Assembly (NCBI GenBank): GCA_026026165.1
Contig: JAPEUD010000062.1
Location: 1 to 64,000, forward strand
Direction: 5' to 3'
DNA length: 64,000 bases
Source: Sarea resinae
Taxonomy: Eukaryota
Part shown: piece after piece, positions 38,935 to 51,255 of the stretch
Layout of the letters: every line of letters starts with the position of its first letter
Numbering within the stretch: the first letter of the stretch is position 1
Made by a program: the position numbers and the translations under genes
The notes under the pieces: generated by a model
What the model was told of the DNA's origin: nothing
Seen by the model: only the letters and a program-made list of their open reading frames with translations
Databases searched by the model: none

Positions 38935-40487
38935 ATGGCAGCCATGCGCCGTCCATGTGCTGGTCTGCTCAAGGGCGTTTCCTCGTCGTCGGCAGGAGCC
39001 CGGACACTGCGCAGCGCCGCCCCAATTGCGCGGAGAGGTCTTCACATTGAAGCCGCTCCGTCGACCACATCCCCCACCCTCAACGCGACGAATTCCTACC
39101 ATGTCGACTCCCCAGGTCAGCCCCGATGCTCCCTTCTTCAAGCCCTCAGCATGCTAAGAAATTGCTTCAGACGCTCGATTCGAAGTCCTCGGCGCCCCGT
39201 ACTCGCTCTTGTCCGTCTCGCTGTCGGCGTCCCAGAACCTGTATACCCGACGCGGCACCTTGGTCGGGATCAGTGGGAAGGCTGAAAATGCACGTTCCAG
39301 ACATGCCCACGTCTTCATGTTTACCGTACTGACAGCATCTTCCAGGCCGTCTCAACTCTCTCGGTGCTGGAGCCCGTCCGACGGGCGGCGCTGGGCATCC
39401 CATTTCTCTACCAACGAGTCTCTCTCCCCGCTGTCCCTTTACTCGTTATTGAAACTAAGCCCGCGCAGATCTCCTCCACCAGTCCTCTGACTGCCCTCAT
39501 CTCCTCCAAATCAACGACCACGACGTTTGCGATCGTCCATCTGAACGGCACCATTGACTGGATGGTGGCCCAGCGAAGCGCACTGCTAGCATGGACGGGC
39601 CACTCCCTAGCCCCCAGCCCGCGGGTGAACAGAAAACTGGTATGCCTCCTTGGCCTTTCTCTCTGGCACGCCCCAGTGCACAGTCCAGTCAGACGAAAAG
39701 AGCCCCACGCGAACATGGAAAACTTCCAAACTAACCCCCTGTCCACGAACAGGGCCTCGCGCACTGGGGCAGCACGCACCTCACGGGCCGCGGCCTCGTG
39801 GCCCTGACAGGCAGCGGCCAGATCTACACGCTCACGCTCGGGCCGGGCGAAGAATACATCGCGGCGCCGTCCAACGTCGTAGCCTACACGCTGACCTCGA
39901 CGCCGCCGAAACCACACCGCCTAAAATCCAGCACGCTCTCGATCCCCTCTTTGCCCTCACTACTCGCGCCCTTATCGTCCATCGTCCCCGCCTCCCTCAC
40001 CAGCAGCCGATTCGCCCAATTCCTCACCCGCCTCCGCGCGACGCCGACCTACCGGTTCCTCAGCAACGGCCTCTACGCGCTGCGGACGTGGGCCCGGCGC
40101 GCCATCTGGGGCGACCGCCTCTTCCTGCGCTTCCAGGGCCCCGCGACGATTTTGATCCAGAGCCGAGCGAGCCGTTTGGGCAAGGATGTGCTGAGTCAGG
40201 GGCAGGTGGACGAGATTGCCGATGCGCCGGCGACGGCGGTCGAGAAGGCCGTTGGAGGGGTAAGGGTGGAGGGCGAGAAAGAGAAGGAGAAGGAGAATAA
40301 AGCGGGTGATGCTACGGCGTCGTCGACGTCGACGCCAACAACGACGACGACCGGAGCCATGGCAGCAGGAGCAGGAGCAGCATCACCACCAACACAAGCA
40401 AAACCCCAAACAGAGACACCGCCCACGAAAGTCAGCCACGCGAGCGTCGAAAAAGATGGCCACGTCTCGATCAAGGCCGACGGATGA
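38935..40487 (+). CDS. AIM24: Altered inheritance of mitochondria protein 24 (Aim24), multi-exon
   Basis: [94 protein letters not shown]. The start could alternatively be ATG 38944. Confidence 0.88.
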
Positions 40488-40601
40488 TGATGGTGTCAAC
40501 AAAGAGGCTGGCGGGCGGGCGGTGCTATCATGGATGGCCCTCATTGATTGAATTGGTTGCTAGATGTGAGAGGCAAGATGTGAGATATGGAAAGGGGAAG
40601 G

Positions 40602-40636
<35 letters not shown>

Positions 40637-40663
40637 GGGGGGTGATAAGAGAGAAAAGGCAGC

Positions 40664-40687
40664 GGGGGGGGGGGGGGGGGGGGGGGG
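40664..40687. repeat. Poly-G tract (G24) in the AIM24/GBP2 convergent SSR island, with nearby (GA)n 40604-40632 and (CT)n ~40840-40873
   Basis: Read directly. Confidence 0.9.
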
Positions 40688-40833
40688 AGAACGCATCAAT
40701 ATCCACCACCAAACAAACATTAAATACATACAAAAATCAGAAGAGCGTCTTCATGTCCTTCCTCATGCCTTGGTGTCTTCATGCCCCCCCATCCCACGTT
40801 CCCCTCGCCCCCTTTCCCTCGCCCCGTTTCCCA

Positions 40834-40877
<44 letters not shown>

Positions 40878-41587
40878 TTCTCTAGTGTTAGAGAGTGTTT
40901 ATCCTATCCTATCCCATCCCATTCACACACACACACCCACCCACCCACCCACCTCACTATCGCAGAAAAGTTCCTAGCCTAAATCTAAATCAAGACCCCC
41001 CCCCCTCCCCCCCCCAAAAAAGTGTCCCTTTTTGATATACATGTTCGTTCCAAAGCATTTGCATTTGGGCAATCACAATCCCGCACCCTAACTTTCTAAC
41101 CACTCCATTTCACTTCACTTCTAGCACTTCTAGCACTTCACTTAATCCGCAGGCCCCCCCTCCCCCCCCGCCTCCCCTTTTCCCCTCAATCATCCAATCC
41201 ATTTCTCCGCGGTTTCCCCTTACTCACCCTGCCACTCTCCCACGGTCTTACTCTTCACTTTCCATTCTCCACTCTCCATTTCTACTCGCCATTTCTGTAC
41301 CCACAAAACCAAACACGTCAGATATGAACACGGCAAAGTCAAATCTTTTCTTTTTTTTCCGACTAAACAATGCCCGCGCCTCTCTCGTCCGGGTCAGTCG
41401 ACGCTGGGGCGTACGTAGTGTAGCAGCTTCCGACCTTGTAGGACATGAGGGTGACCCGTAGAGCGCGGCCGGACCGAGTTAAAACTAATAATACTACGTG
41501 AGACTCAAGAAAATGAAAATAAAACATAAGGAATGCGCAATCCGCAGGACCACCAAAAGGCAATTGCCGACCGAGACAGAGAGAGCT

Positions 41588-44049
41588 CTACATGATCTGA
41601 TCCTGCGTCAAGCCCGCCGTCGGCTCCGTGCCCTCCATGGCCTCGCCATTCCCAACATTCATGTACTTGACATAGGTGAGACCCAGCGGACGACCACCGT
41701 ATTGGTATCCCGAGAATTTGGCTAAGCCAATCAGTCAGCAGGTGTCCAATTACGAAAAATCAGCACTTACAAATCGCGGTGCCGGCATTCTCGGCCGTAT
41801 CGAATTGAACGACGCCAGTTCCACGCGATCGGCCGTTCGGCTCGTACTGGATCTCGGCCCGTTCAACCTTGCCGATGGTCGTAAAAAGTTCAACCAGGTC
41901 ATCGTTGCTGGTAGACCACGGCAGCTGAATCCTCATCGTCAGCAGGGGTTTTATCCAAATATCCTTTCCTACTCACGTTTCGGACGTAAATGGTCTCGCT
42001 CGGCTCTCCGCCCGAGGTGGCAAAATCCGTGAATGGGTTAGGCGCTGCCGGAACAGCAGCCACACCGGCGCCGGCATCGAAAGCTGGAGCAGGAGCACCT
42101 CCGCCATAGCCGCCACCAAAGCCACCACGGCCTCCGAAGCCTCCGCCGAAGCCTCCTCGACCGCCGGCAAATCCTCCACGACCTCCGAATCCGCCGCGTC
42201 CGCCGAAGCCGCCGCCAAAGCCACCTCGTCCGCCCATGCCGGGAGCACCCGCGAAGCGATCTTCACGGACCTCGAGAGCACGGCCTTGCCAGTCGTAGCC
42301 ATTGAATTGTTGGATGGCGTTGCGCGCGTCGTCGGGAGACTCAAAGGCGACGATGCCCGAACCCTTGGGACGACCATCGGGGCCCATGTGAACGTCGGCG
42401 CGGATGACGGCACCTTGATGAGCTGCAAGATTCCCGTTAACTGGGTTCACACCTAAACAGATCATGCACGTTAGTCGTCCTCGAGAGATACGTACCAGCT
42501 TGACGGAAAAGATCCTTGAGATCTTGCCAGCCCACCGTATAAGGCAGCTAAACACACGCATGTCAATCAATCAACCATTACCACAAGTGGACAAAGAAAG
42601 CATCAGGGAACAAACGTTTGAGACGTAGATTTGACGTCCGCCCGCGCCAGGGGCCCCGCCGAATCCGCCGCCGAAGCCACCGCGACCGGGACCAGCGTCG
42701 TAGCCTCCCCGAGCAGCAGGTGGGCCGGTGAACCGAGGTTCGGCCTCACGATCCTAATTTCCCCGTATTAGTACTTCTGAGACGGAGCGTTGCATATGGC
42801 AGAGCCACTCGTGCCCGGGCGTGCGGCCTACCTCGCGAACGTAGACCAAGCGGCCCATGAGATTCTGGTTGCTGAGCGTGTTCACAGCATGTTGAGCTTG
42901 ATCCCTCGTGGCGTATTCCACAATTCTGACGACGGATTAGCAGCTGCGCAAAGCGCTTGAGCCATCACCAAACTCACCCGCATCCCTACATAGACCCACG
43001 GACAACCAGGCCCAACCCGTCAATCCAACGTCCATCAAACAACCAAAGGAAAACCAGAAAGACCAGCCACATCTACGTATTGGCGCCCACCTTCGACATT
43101 CCATTCGGAAGTAATAACACGTCGGCGAAGAGCACATCCCCAGCTGATCGACCGAGTCAGTCTCCGACCGCCGCATCCATTGTAGACGACTCACCCTGCC
43201 TCATAAAATCTTTCAGGTGATGCCATTTCACATCGTACGACAAGTTGCCCACGTAGACCCGACGGTCCTGCTGGGACGAGTCGCGTACGGATTGCATCAT
43301 CTGTTCCTTTTGCGCCGATCGTTCCTCGAAACTCCTGGGAGGTGCACCGCGCGATGCTCCGTGAGATGAACCTGCGTATCCTCCTGGTGCGCCCGCAGCC
43401 CCACTCATAGGCGAACGAGACCTTCGGTCGTTCCTTCTGTATTCGTCACGGCTACGAGACCGACTGCGGGGTGAATAGGAACGGCGACTTCGTCGAGGAC
43501 TGCGAGAGCGGCGCCGAGGTGAGCGAGATCTTTCACGCTGCGAACGGTCAGTACGATGACCCATTGACGGGTGACCTCCAAGAATGTCACGGATTGGCGT
43601 GGCGATGATATCGGAGGCGGTTGGGGGAACGAAGGGGCGGGGGAATCGAGGTGTGGCCGTCACGATTTAAAGGTCAGGTCGGCTCCGCCACCCAAATACA
43701 TGCCGGCACCCATCATTCACCCACGAACGCACCGACAGAGCAGGTGACGGTCCAAACTCCAACCGTGGGCGAGCACCGCGGCAGCTCGAGCATCGCTTCA
43801 CGGCGGACGGGCAGAAAGAAAAGAGAGCAGAGGCGCCATCGAGCTACTTACATCGCGAGGACGGTACACGTCGCCTGTATCTGGATGTCAACCAGGACCA
43901 AAGGTCAGAAAAGAGTCTTGAGAGTTGATTAAAAAGAGAAAAAAGGAACAAGGAGGGAGGACGACGATGCGGCTGCTGTTGCTGCTGCTGCACCAATTCA
44001 CCGTGGGAGGCTAGTCATGGAGGGATAAGCAGGACGGAGACGCACCCAT
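41588..44049 (-). CDS. SR-like triple-RRM, RGG-rich RNA-binding protein (Gbp2/Hrb1/SnxA type)
   Basis: RS-rich N-terminus; RRM1 [20 protein letters not shown] / SKGCGIVEY; RRM2 [17 protein letters not shown] / [12 protein letters not shown] tract; RRM3 IYVRNLPWST; ends QDQIM* (TAG 41588-41590). First coding exon inferred as ATGG 44049-44046. Confidence 0.88.
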
Positions 44050-44495
44050 GGTTTATACGATTACCGAGTGGATAAGGACAAATCTTCTTCAGGATGGCAG
44101 AGCTCAGAGTCTGCCTTCTCTGCAGGTCTTTGAGTTAGGACAGATGCGACAGGGGTGGGGTGGAAGAGAATGACTAACTGTCGCGGCCTCCCAGACTGGA
44201 ACCGGGCCACTGATATCACAGGACCAAAGACGGACCAGTCAGAATCCGACGAGATGGCGGCAAAGCGAAGGGGTGTGGGATGCGATGGGGAAGACGTTCG
44301 AAAGCGTGCCTCTGCAGCGGGATCCGAATGTGCGTCTGTCTGCTGGAGAGGGGGGAACACACGGTATTGCAGCAGTAGCAGCAGTAGCAGCAAGCGTCGC
44401 CGAAATCGCGTCGCTGCTTTTGCGAGCGAGAAGAGCGAGAAGTACGAAGAGGGCGGTACTACGTACTCTACTGAAGTACGTAGACGGGGCAGGCA

Positions 44496-44549
44496 GGTCA
44501 GCCAGCTGGAGGTCAGCCAGGTCAGCCAGGTCAGCCAGGTCAGCCAGGT
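44496..44549. repeat. 9-bp tandem repeat GGTCAGCCA (4 tandem copies plus 1 upstream copy)
   Basis: Copies at 44496, 44511, 44520, 44529 and 44538. Confidence 0.9.
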
Positions 44550-45500
44550 AAGGGTACCGTCAGGTATGGTATGGGATGGGTGTGGATGGGTGTATGTATG
44601 GGGAGATGGGGAGAGGGGCGTATGGATGATTCAGGCACGGCAAGGTCAGCTCCGGTGTGGTGAGTGGTGAGTGCCCTGGTGAGGGAATACCGCCAGCTGA
44701 GAGGGAGTGAAGTATGAAGTACGCCGTACTCTGAGTAGTCAGAAAGCGCCCCCGTCACCACAGGTACGGCAGGCAGGTCGCTGAGGGTACGACGGCGGAG
44801 TGGGACATGGATGGGCAGAGCGCAGACGAAGAGGATGGAACGGGAACTGACTTGAGGGCGCTACCGGAAGGGTAGCAGTGACCGCCAGGCAGGTATCGAC
44901 GACGGACGGTCGACGATCGAAGCTGCGGCACCCGAAGGGGAAGTGAGCTCAGGCCAGACCACAACCACAGCCACGACCACCAGGGTCGCCAATGGGGCAA
45001 GGTGTCAGAGGATAGATGGTAGCAAGGACGTCCAAGGACCTCGAACCGCTGTCGCCGGGACTTGCAAGGGCACGGCGGGACAGGATTGGCTTCGGGATGG
45101 CGGATGGGGATGGGGGTGGAGGTGGAGGTGGAGGGATGTGATGGTAGTCGCTCTTCTTTGGGGCGTGGGTGGGTGCGTGTGCGTGGGATCAATCGCCATG
45201 GGAAGAACGGCGGGCGGCGGGAGAGCGACGCAGCAGGAAGGAATCGAGGGGACGGAGACGACGAGGACTCACCGCGAAAGAAGCAGCGTGGACTACGACG
45301 ACGGATGGCACCTCACGGCACCGAGCAGGTACGACGTACGAGTACTCTACAGGACGGACGCCAACAGCGGCGACGATATCGACGATATCGACGATGTCGG
45401 CTGGCGGGTACCACTTGGGCAGAGATCTTGATGGAGATGGATGTCCAGGGAAAGGGAAAGCTCGGAGCTGGTCGTGTTCAGCGGCGTCGATCTCCGTATT

Positions 45501-45523
45501 GAGAGAGAGGAGAGAGTGAGAGA

Positions 45524-45554
<31 letters not shown>
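45501..45554. repeat. Imperfect (GA)n microsatellite
   Basis: Read directly. Confidence 0.85.
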
Positions 45555-48500
45555 TCGAGGGAGACGTCTCGCCTAGGAGTACTCCGGAGTACGTGCTCGC
45601 TGACCAATCTCTGACTGTGTACCTTACCTTACCTGACGGAGTACTACTGAAGTACGTACTACAAAGTACGTCTGCTGGCAGTTGGAACCCAAGACAATCG
45701 CCGAAAGGGCGAGCACGTGAATGAGAGCCGTTGAAAGCCATTCAGGTACCCTTCCAAGCTTGGCAGCTGGAGGGCCGGTGTTGGTACTCTGTACGACGCA
45801 GCAGAGGTACCTCCCTCGGCGACTGAGACACGACCGAGGACCCAAGTACCACCACCACCCGACACGAGCGAGCCTGACAGCCTGAAGCGAAGAAGCGAAG
45901 AAGCGAAGAAGCTGAAGTGAAGGTGCTGAGGCTACTGAAGTAGAGTGGACGTGCCCGGGGGGAGTGGCGGTCTCGGATACTCGTGCCACAAGTACCGTCG
46001 TCAACGTCGTCGTCAACAACCGCCCCGTCATCGTCGTCGTCCTCATCCAGCTGGAAATGGACAGAGCACCTGCAGGGAAGGGAAGGGAAAGGAGGCACTA
46101 TCCATCCATGTATGCTACTATGTACGATGAGTATGAAGTACCTACTCTACTCTGGAGTCGCTACTGTGACTTCCAACACTACGCGAGTACGCCGTAGAGC
46201 TATCGAGACAACATCCATGGATGGATCGAGTAATCGACTCCGTACTTCATCAGTACGCGGAAGACGCGGAGCGCGGACCAGGGGTCTCGACGACGACGAC
46301 TGAAGATGGCATGGGGGATCCGCGGGCGGCACTCTACTGAAGTAGGTAGCTTCGTGGTCTTTCTTGCACTGGGACCCCGGCGACCTCTACTTCGAGGGAC
46401 TTTGCTTCTCGAAGGCGCTTCTCACATGAAGATGTGAGAGAGATTCATTCACGATGGAATTCCCTGCTCATTCCCTAGACCGCACAGTACTATGTACTAT
46501 GTAAGGTTCTGCCAATCCTGGGTAGCGTTGGATTTCCGTCCGTCCGCCAACACCCCGAGCATCCATCTGCCGTGCTCGAGGTACAGATCTGGGCGCCTTC
46601 CGCCGCCGTTCTACGGACGAAAACTGAAGAGGACCATTGGATGTTACCATGTTACGACGACAGGACATACCGTAGATGATAGACTGCGCATGTCTCTGCG
46701 ATGGCTGCCAACTCTGTCCCTCTTCTACTACTCCGAGCATGTCTGTGATGACCAATTTGCCAAGGCCAGACGGTTGAAGCCTTAAAGCTCAAACCTCCTG
46801 TAGTAAGTGTCTGGGGACATCAGGGCCGGCTTGCATGCGCCCGCATGAGCATTAGGTTCAGCCTCGGGCTGCCTGCGCCTCGTTACCGGTCCGAACCGAC
46901 AAGGTTCTTGGACGGACCCCCCTGATGCTTCACGATGATTTCGTCGACCCCGACATGCTACGCTCATCTCGTCGTGGAGATGTTGCAAACCCGACGGAGG
47001 CAGAGCGACGATGCTACAAATCGCTCTCACATCATGATTGAATGAGGTGATATTGCTCGCTGCTCTTACCGAGTCTCTGGTGGGCAGGAGGCATCAGGTC
47101 GTGTGCTGGATGGAGGTGTCCGTTTCTTGACCTCTTACGCGTCGATGCGGTGCGGTGCGGCTAGACATTTTGCCTTCTTTTCTTCTGTAGCTATTCGACA
47201 GATGGATTCATGTAAGATGTCTCTCTGTAAGAAGCAGCAGCACCATCCATGCACGAAGAGCAAAGCCACTCCCGGCACGACATGGGGCCCCTGGAGTGGT
47301 ATTGAGCCGGCCCTCGCAGAGCCAATCCTTCCAGCGCTCCCATCACAAACTCCCTCATTCACGGCATTTGGCTGAGGCCTTGCAGCAATGGTGGGATGTG
47401 ATGCTCTGACGCACATGAAGACTGTCGGATCACATCGCGGCTTTGTGTACCGAACAACGACAGCGTTAGGGCATCCTCGTGCTCTCGGGGTGGGAGCGAT
47501 GCGAATGATTCTCACCGATGAATCCTCGCGATGCAGGTCATGTCAATTCCCAAGGGCCCTGAGGATCCCTCCATGGTTGGGACCGAAGATGGTGTCGGTG
47601 GGGCTCCCGGAGCCGAAATCCTTTCTCCACTGGTTCACGTCGTTCAGGTTCCCTCCCATCCATCATAAGGCAGAGCAGGCGACGACATCAAAGCAAGAGG
47701 TGCAGCATACCATCAGCGAGCATTACCGAGTGGTGGTAATGGGTCCTTGCCGCTTACAACTTCCTCCATCCTCTCCCCATCGGTTGATCCATCAAACATC
47801 CATGGATATATATGCACAAGCATGCGCCGCCTATCACCCTCCTCGCTAGCGCCGTCCAAGATGAGACGAGACCAGATGAGGCCAGATGAGACGAAACGAG
47901 ACGCAACGCAATGCCCCCGGCAGCGTCTGCGCTTCCTTCTGGCCCCTTTCCGTACGAGTGGGGGGTTGGCCCGCATGCGCTAGACGCCGTAGACTGCATC
48001 CGTGGCCACCCTGAGGATCGCAGGGACAATGGCGATCTGCGCCTACGCTTCTCTCGATCTTGAAGGTTCATGGCCATTGCATCCGCGATCAAGCCACACA
48101 CAGCGCACAAACGACGCGGAGGCCGCCGACCGCGGCCCATGATGCAGGAAGCTGATGGAATCGGCGGGTACCAGCATCTAAAGTACTCCTGCCGCCTTGG
48201 ACTGGGGAAGCCATCGATGCATCCGCAAGCGTCTTGTGCTCGGCAAACCTGGACGGGAGGCCGCCAATGCACTTGGCTACGACCGTCTGTACGATCTTTG
48301 TTTGCGGCTTGCAGGATTTGCCTCGTCGAATGCGTGGGCTTTCACATGTGGAACTGCCGGAAGCGCAGGGTGTTTCGAGTTTGTCAATGTTCCAGGAATC
48401 GAGATCTCTCCACGGACGCATTTGGGAGTCCGTTGTTTGCATCTGCTACTGCAGTCGCGCGAGCTGGTGTCCTACTCTGTACATATCGCCGATTGTTCTT

Positions 48501-49378
48501 GCTTTGACTTTGCTGTGGGTTGTTTGTCGAAATTCTCTGGTCTTATCCGCTCCAGAGACATCGACCCAGGATCTCTGCAGCTCCCTCGCCGCCCGACCAA
48601 CCTGAAATCAATTTCTTACACCAAGCCAGACGTCGAAACTCATCGGCCAGAAGGGTGCCTTGATTGGAAGTTCGACGCCGGTCTTCTGGGGTGTCTATTT
48701 CCCTCTGTGACACCAGAAGTCAGTCAGCCTCGACCTCTACGGTTCCATGGTTGAACAAAGTCACGACGTAAAATTGGAATTTGCTGGCTGGTAGATGACC
48801 AGTACATTCATCTGACAAGAATGTATGTTCTGTTAGTTCTTATATTTACATCTATGACCAGCGTTTTGTTGAATTGCCAGATGACTTCAAGATGACTTCA
48901 TGATGATTATCATCCAGAGGTAAGTGCTGTACGTGATAAAACAGTTTACAGATTAGAATCTTGTGTCGTGGAAATGTAATAGATCAAAGCATATCTACAG
49001 AGCACTGTATCATGTCCATTCTTTCAACACCCTCGAAACACCCTCGAATCGCCGAACAATCTAGACACCACGGAGTGAGACGCACGAGTAGCAAAATAGG
49101 CCAATTGCTCCAGCAGGATCTTGATTGATTGATCTCGACCGACATTTGCTTCGAGATGTTTACTTTCATCACTGTTGACTTGCGGACTCGGCTCCTCGAG
49201 CTCTCGCCCAACGGAACCTGCCGGCCAACCATCAACGCCCCATACGTAGCTCCAGCGCTACCTCGCTCACCAAAACTCTCGAGACCTGTCGTGATCAAAG
49301 ACATCACTATCAAATCCCTCTCCAGCGGTGCAGCCGCCACGACGATTCGAACTCTCTCCCCTCAATCAACGCACGCAG

Positions 49379-50506
49379 ATGGCCATGGCATCCACGACTC
49401 TCCCCCGCCTCACCAATTCCCTTTGCTGCCACTTCCGCATCCCCCTCAACAAAATCCCCCTCCTCACCACCACCGCCACAACCACAATCACGCCCTCCCC
49501 ACAATCGACCCGAGCATACCACTCCCACACCCGCCCCAACCCTCCGCCGCCCTTCACTCCAACCGCGCAGACCATCCTCTCCTCTTCGCTCCCACACGTC
49601 CCCACCCACGGCTTCACGCCCACCAGCCTCCTGCACGGCGCCCGCGATGCCGGCTACCTCGACGCCACCCTCAACCTGTTCCCGCGCGGCGCATTCGACC
49701 TCGTGTATTTCTACCTCGTGACGCAGCGGCTGGGACTACGGGATCGCGTCATTGGCGCGCTGGAGAAGGAGGAGCTGGACGGGGCTTGGGAGAGGCTGGA
49801 GAAGAGGGAGAGAGTCCGACGGCTGATTTTCGGGCGGCTGATGGGGAACTGGGAGGACTTGGGCGAGGGCGCGGGCGTGCGATGGCAGGAGGTTAGTTCC
49901 CAGCCTTCGCGGTTTTTCCCTTCGCTTTCTTCTCATAGATGGCTTGTGCTGCTGCTGCTGTTGCTCTTGCTTTGCTATTGGGAACCCGCTTGAAGGAAAT
50001 ATGCTATTTCTCGGACAGCTGCTAACATTGACCCTCGGCTCAATCCAGGCACTAGCGCTCATGGCCCTGCCGCCCAACGTGCCGACGTCCGTGGCCGAGC
50101 TGGCCAAGCTGGCCGACGAGATCTGCTACCTCGCCGGCGACGAGAGCGTCGATCCGGCCTGGTACGGCAAGAGAGCCGCCATCGCGGGCGTGTATTCGAG
50201 TTCTGGTAAACCATCATCTTCCTTTTCTTGCTCTCTCCCTCCCTAGCTCCCTCCCTCGCTCTCCCCCTCCCCCGCCTTTTCGATAGAAGAGCGAGTCATT
50301 CAGACCGCTAATACCCACGTCTTCCTGCAGAGGTCTTCATGACGCAGGACTCGTCGCCCGGCTTCGTCGAGACGGAGCGCTTCATCGACCGACGCCTGGA
50401 CGATGTCTCGGGCATCGGGAACGCGGTCGGCAGTCTGGGCCAGTGGACGGGCTTCACGGCGCACGCGGCCGTGAACGTGCTCAGGAGTCGGGGCGTCCGG
50501 ATCTGA
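49379..50506 (+). CDS. COQ9: Ubiquinone biosynthesis protein Coq9, 3 exons (49379-49891, 50049-50205, 50331-50506)
   Basis: LPHVPTHGFT; WQEALALMALP; LADEICYLAGDESVDPAWYGKRAAIAGVYSSSEVFMTQDSSPGFVETERFIDRRL. Confidence 0.92.
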
Positions 50507-51016
50507 GGGATCGATGTCAGAGAGAGAGAGAGAGGGAGATACGAGAAAGAAAACAGAAAGAAGAAAAGAAAAAGAGAGAGAAGATCAAAAAAAACAAAAA
50601 ACATTGGGGGGTGTTGGCTTGGTTCTGGCTTCTTTCCTTGTCTTTGGGATGCACAGCGAAAAGGGGTGGTGATTTTCCGTGTATATATTGTGTATGTATA
50701 GAAGTTGAAATTTACCGGGGATCGGGAAGAAGAGAAGAACAGAGAAGAGAAGTATTATAGCAGCTAATCGAACAAAGTAAAAACGAGATTTCCCTCTCTC
50801 CCTCCCTCAACCTCTCTCTCCCTCTCTCCCTCCCTCAACCTCTCTCTCCCTCTCTCTCTCCCTCTCTCTCTCCCTCTCTCCAGATCGCCCATCTCCGTCC
50901 GTCCTCGCACCATCCATCACAAATCACATCTAGTCCCTCATGCAACCATAGTAGCAGTAGCAGCAGCAGCAGCAGCAGCAAGAAAATAATCCCTCCCTCC
51001 CTCCTCCTTTACCCCC

Positions 51017-51223
51017 CTACGCAGCCACGCCGCCAGCAACCTCGACCTCGCCCACATCCTCGCCCTCGCCGTCACCGTCGCCGACGCCAAACTCACCCAT
51101 CCGCGCCTCCCGGACGGCGCGATCGACCAGCCTCGCCCGGACGACGGGGATCCACGCATTGAGCTTCTGCTGGTCGCGGTGCCAGAACTCCATGTTCTGG
51201 ATCGTTTGGAGGGCGTCGGCGTT

Positions 51224-51255
<32 letters not shown>

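Noticed and set aside
42423..42496. Possible stwintron or two abutting introns in the RRM gene
   Set aside because: The second unit would be only 30 nt, too short for a fungal spliceosomal intron; alternative acceptors explain it better.
44496..44549. Short direct repeats considered as a CRISPR-like array
   Set aside because: 9-bp tandem units without spacers in a eukaryotic genome.
46420..46439. 8-bp stem hairpin TCTCACAT-GAAG-ATGTGAGA
   Set aside because: An isolated stem of this size is expected by chance in 64 kb.
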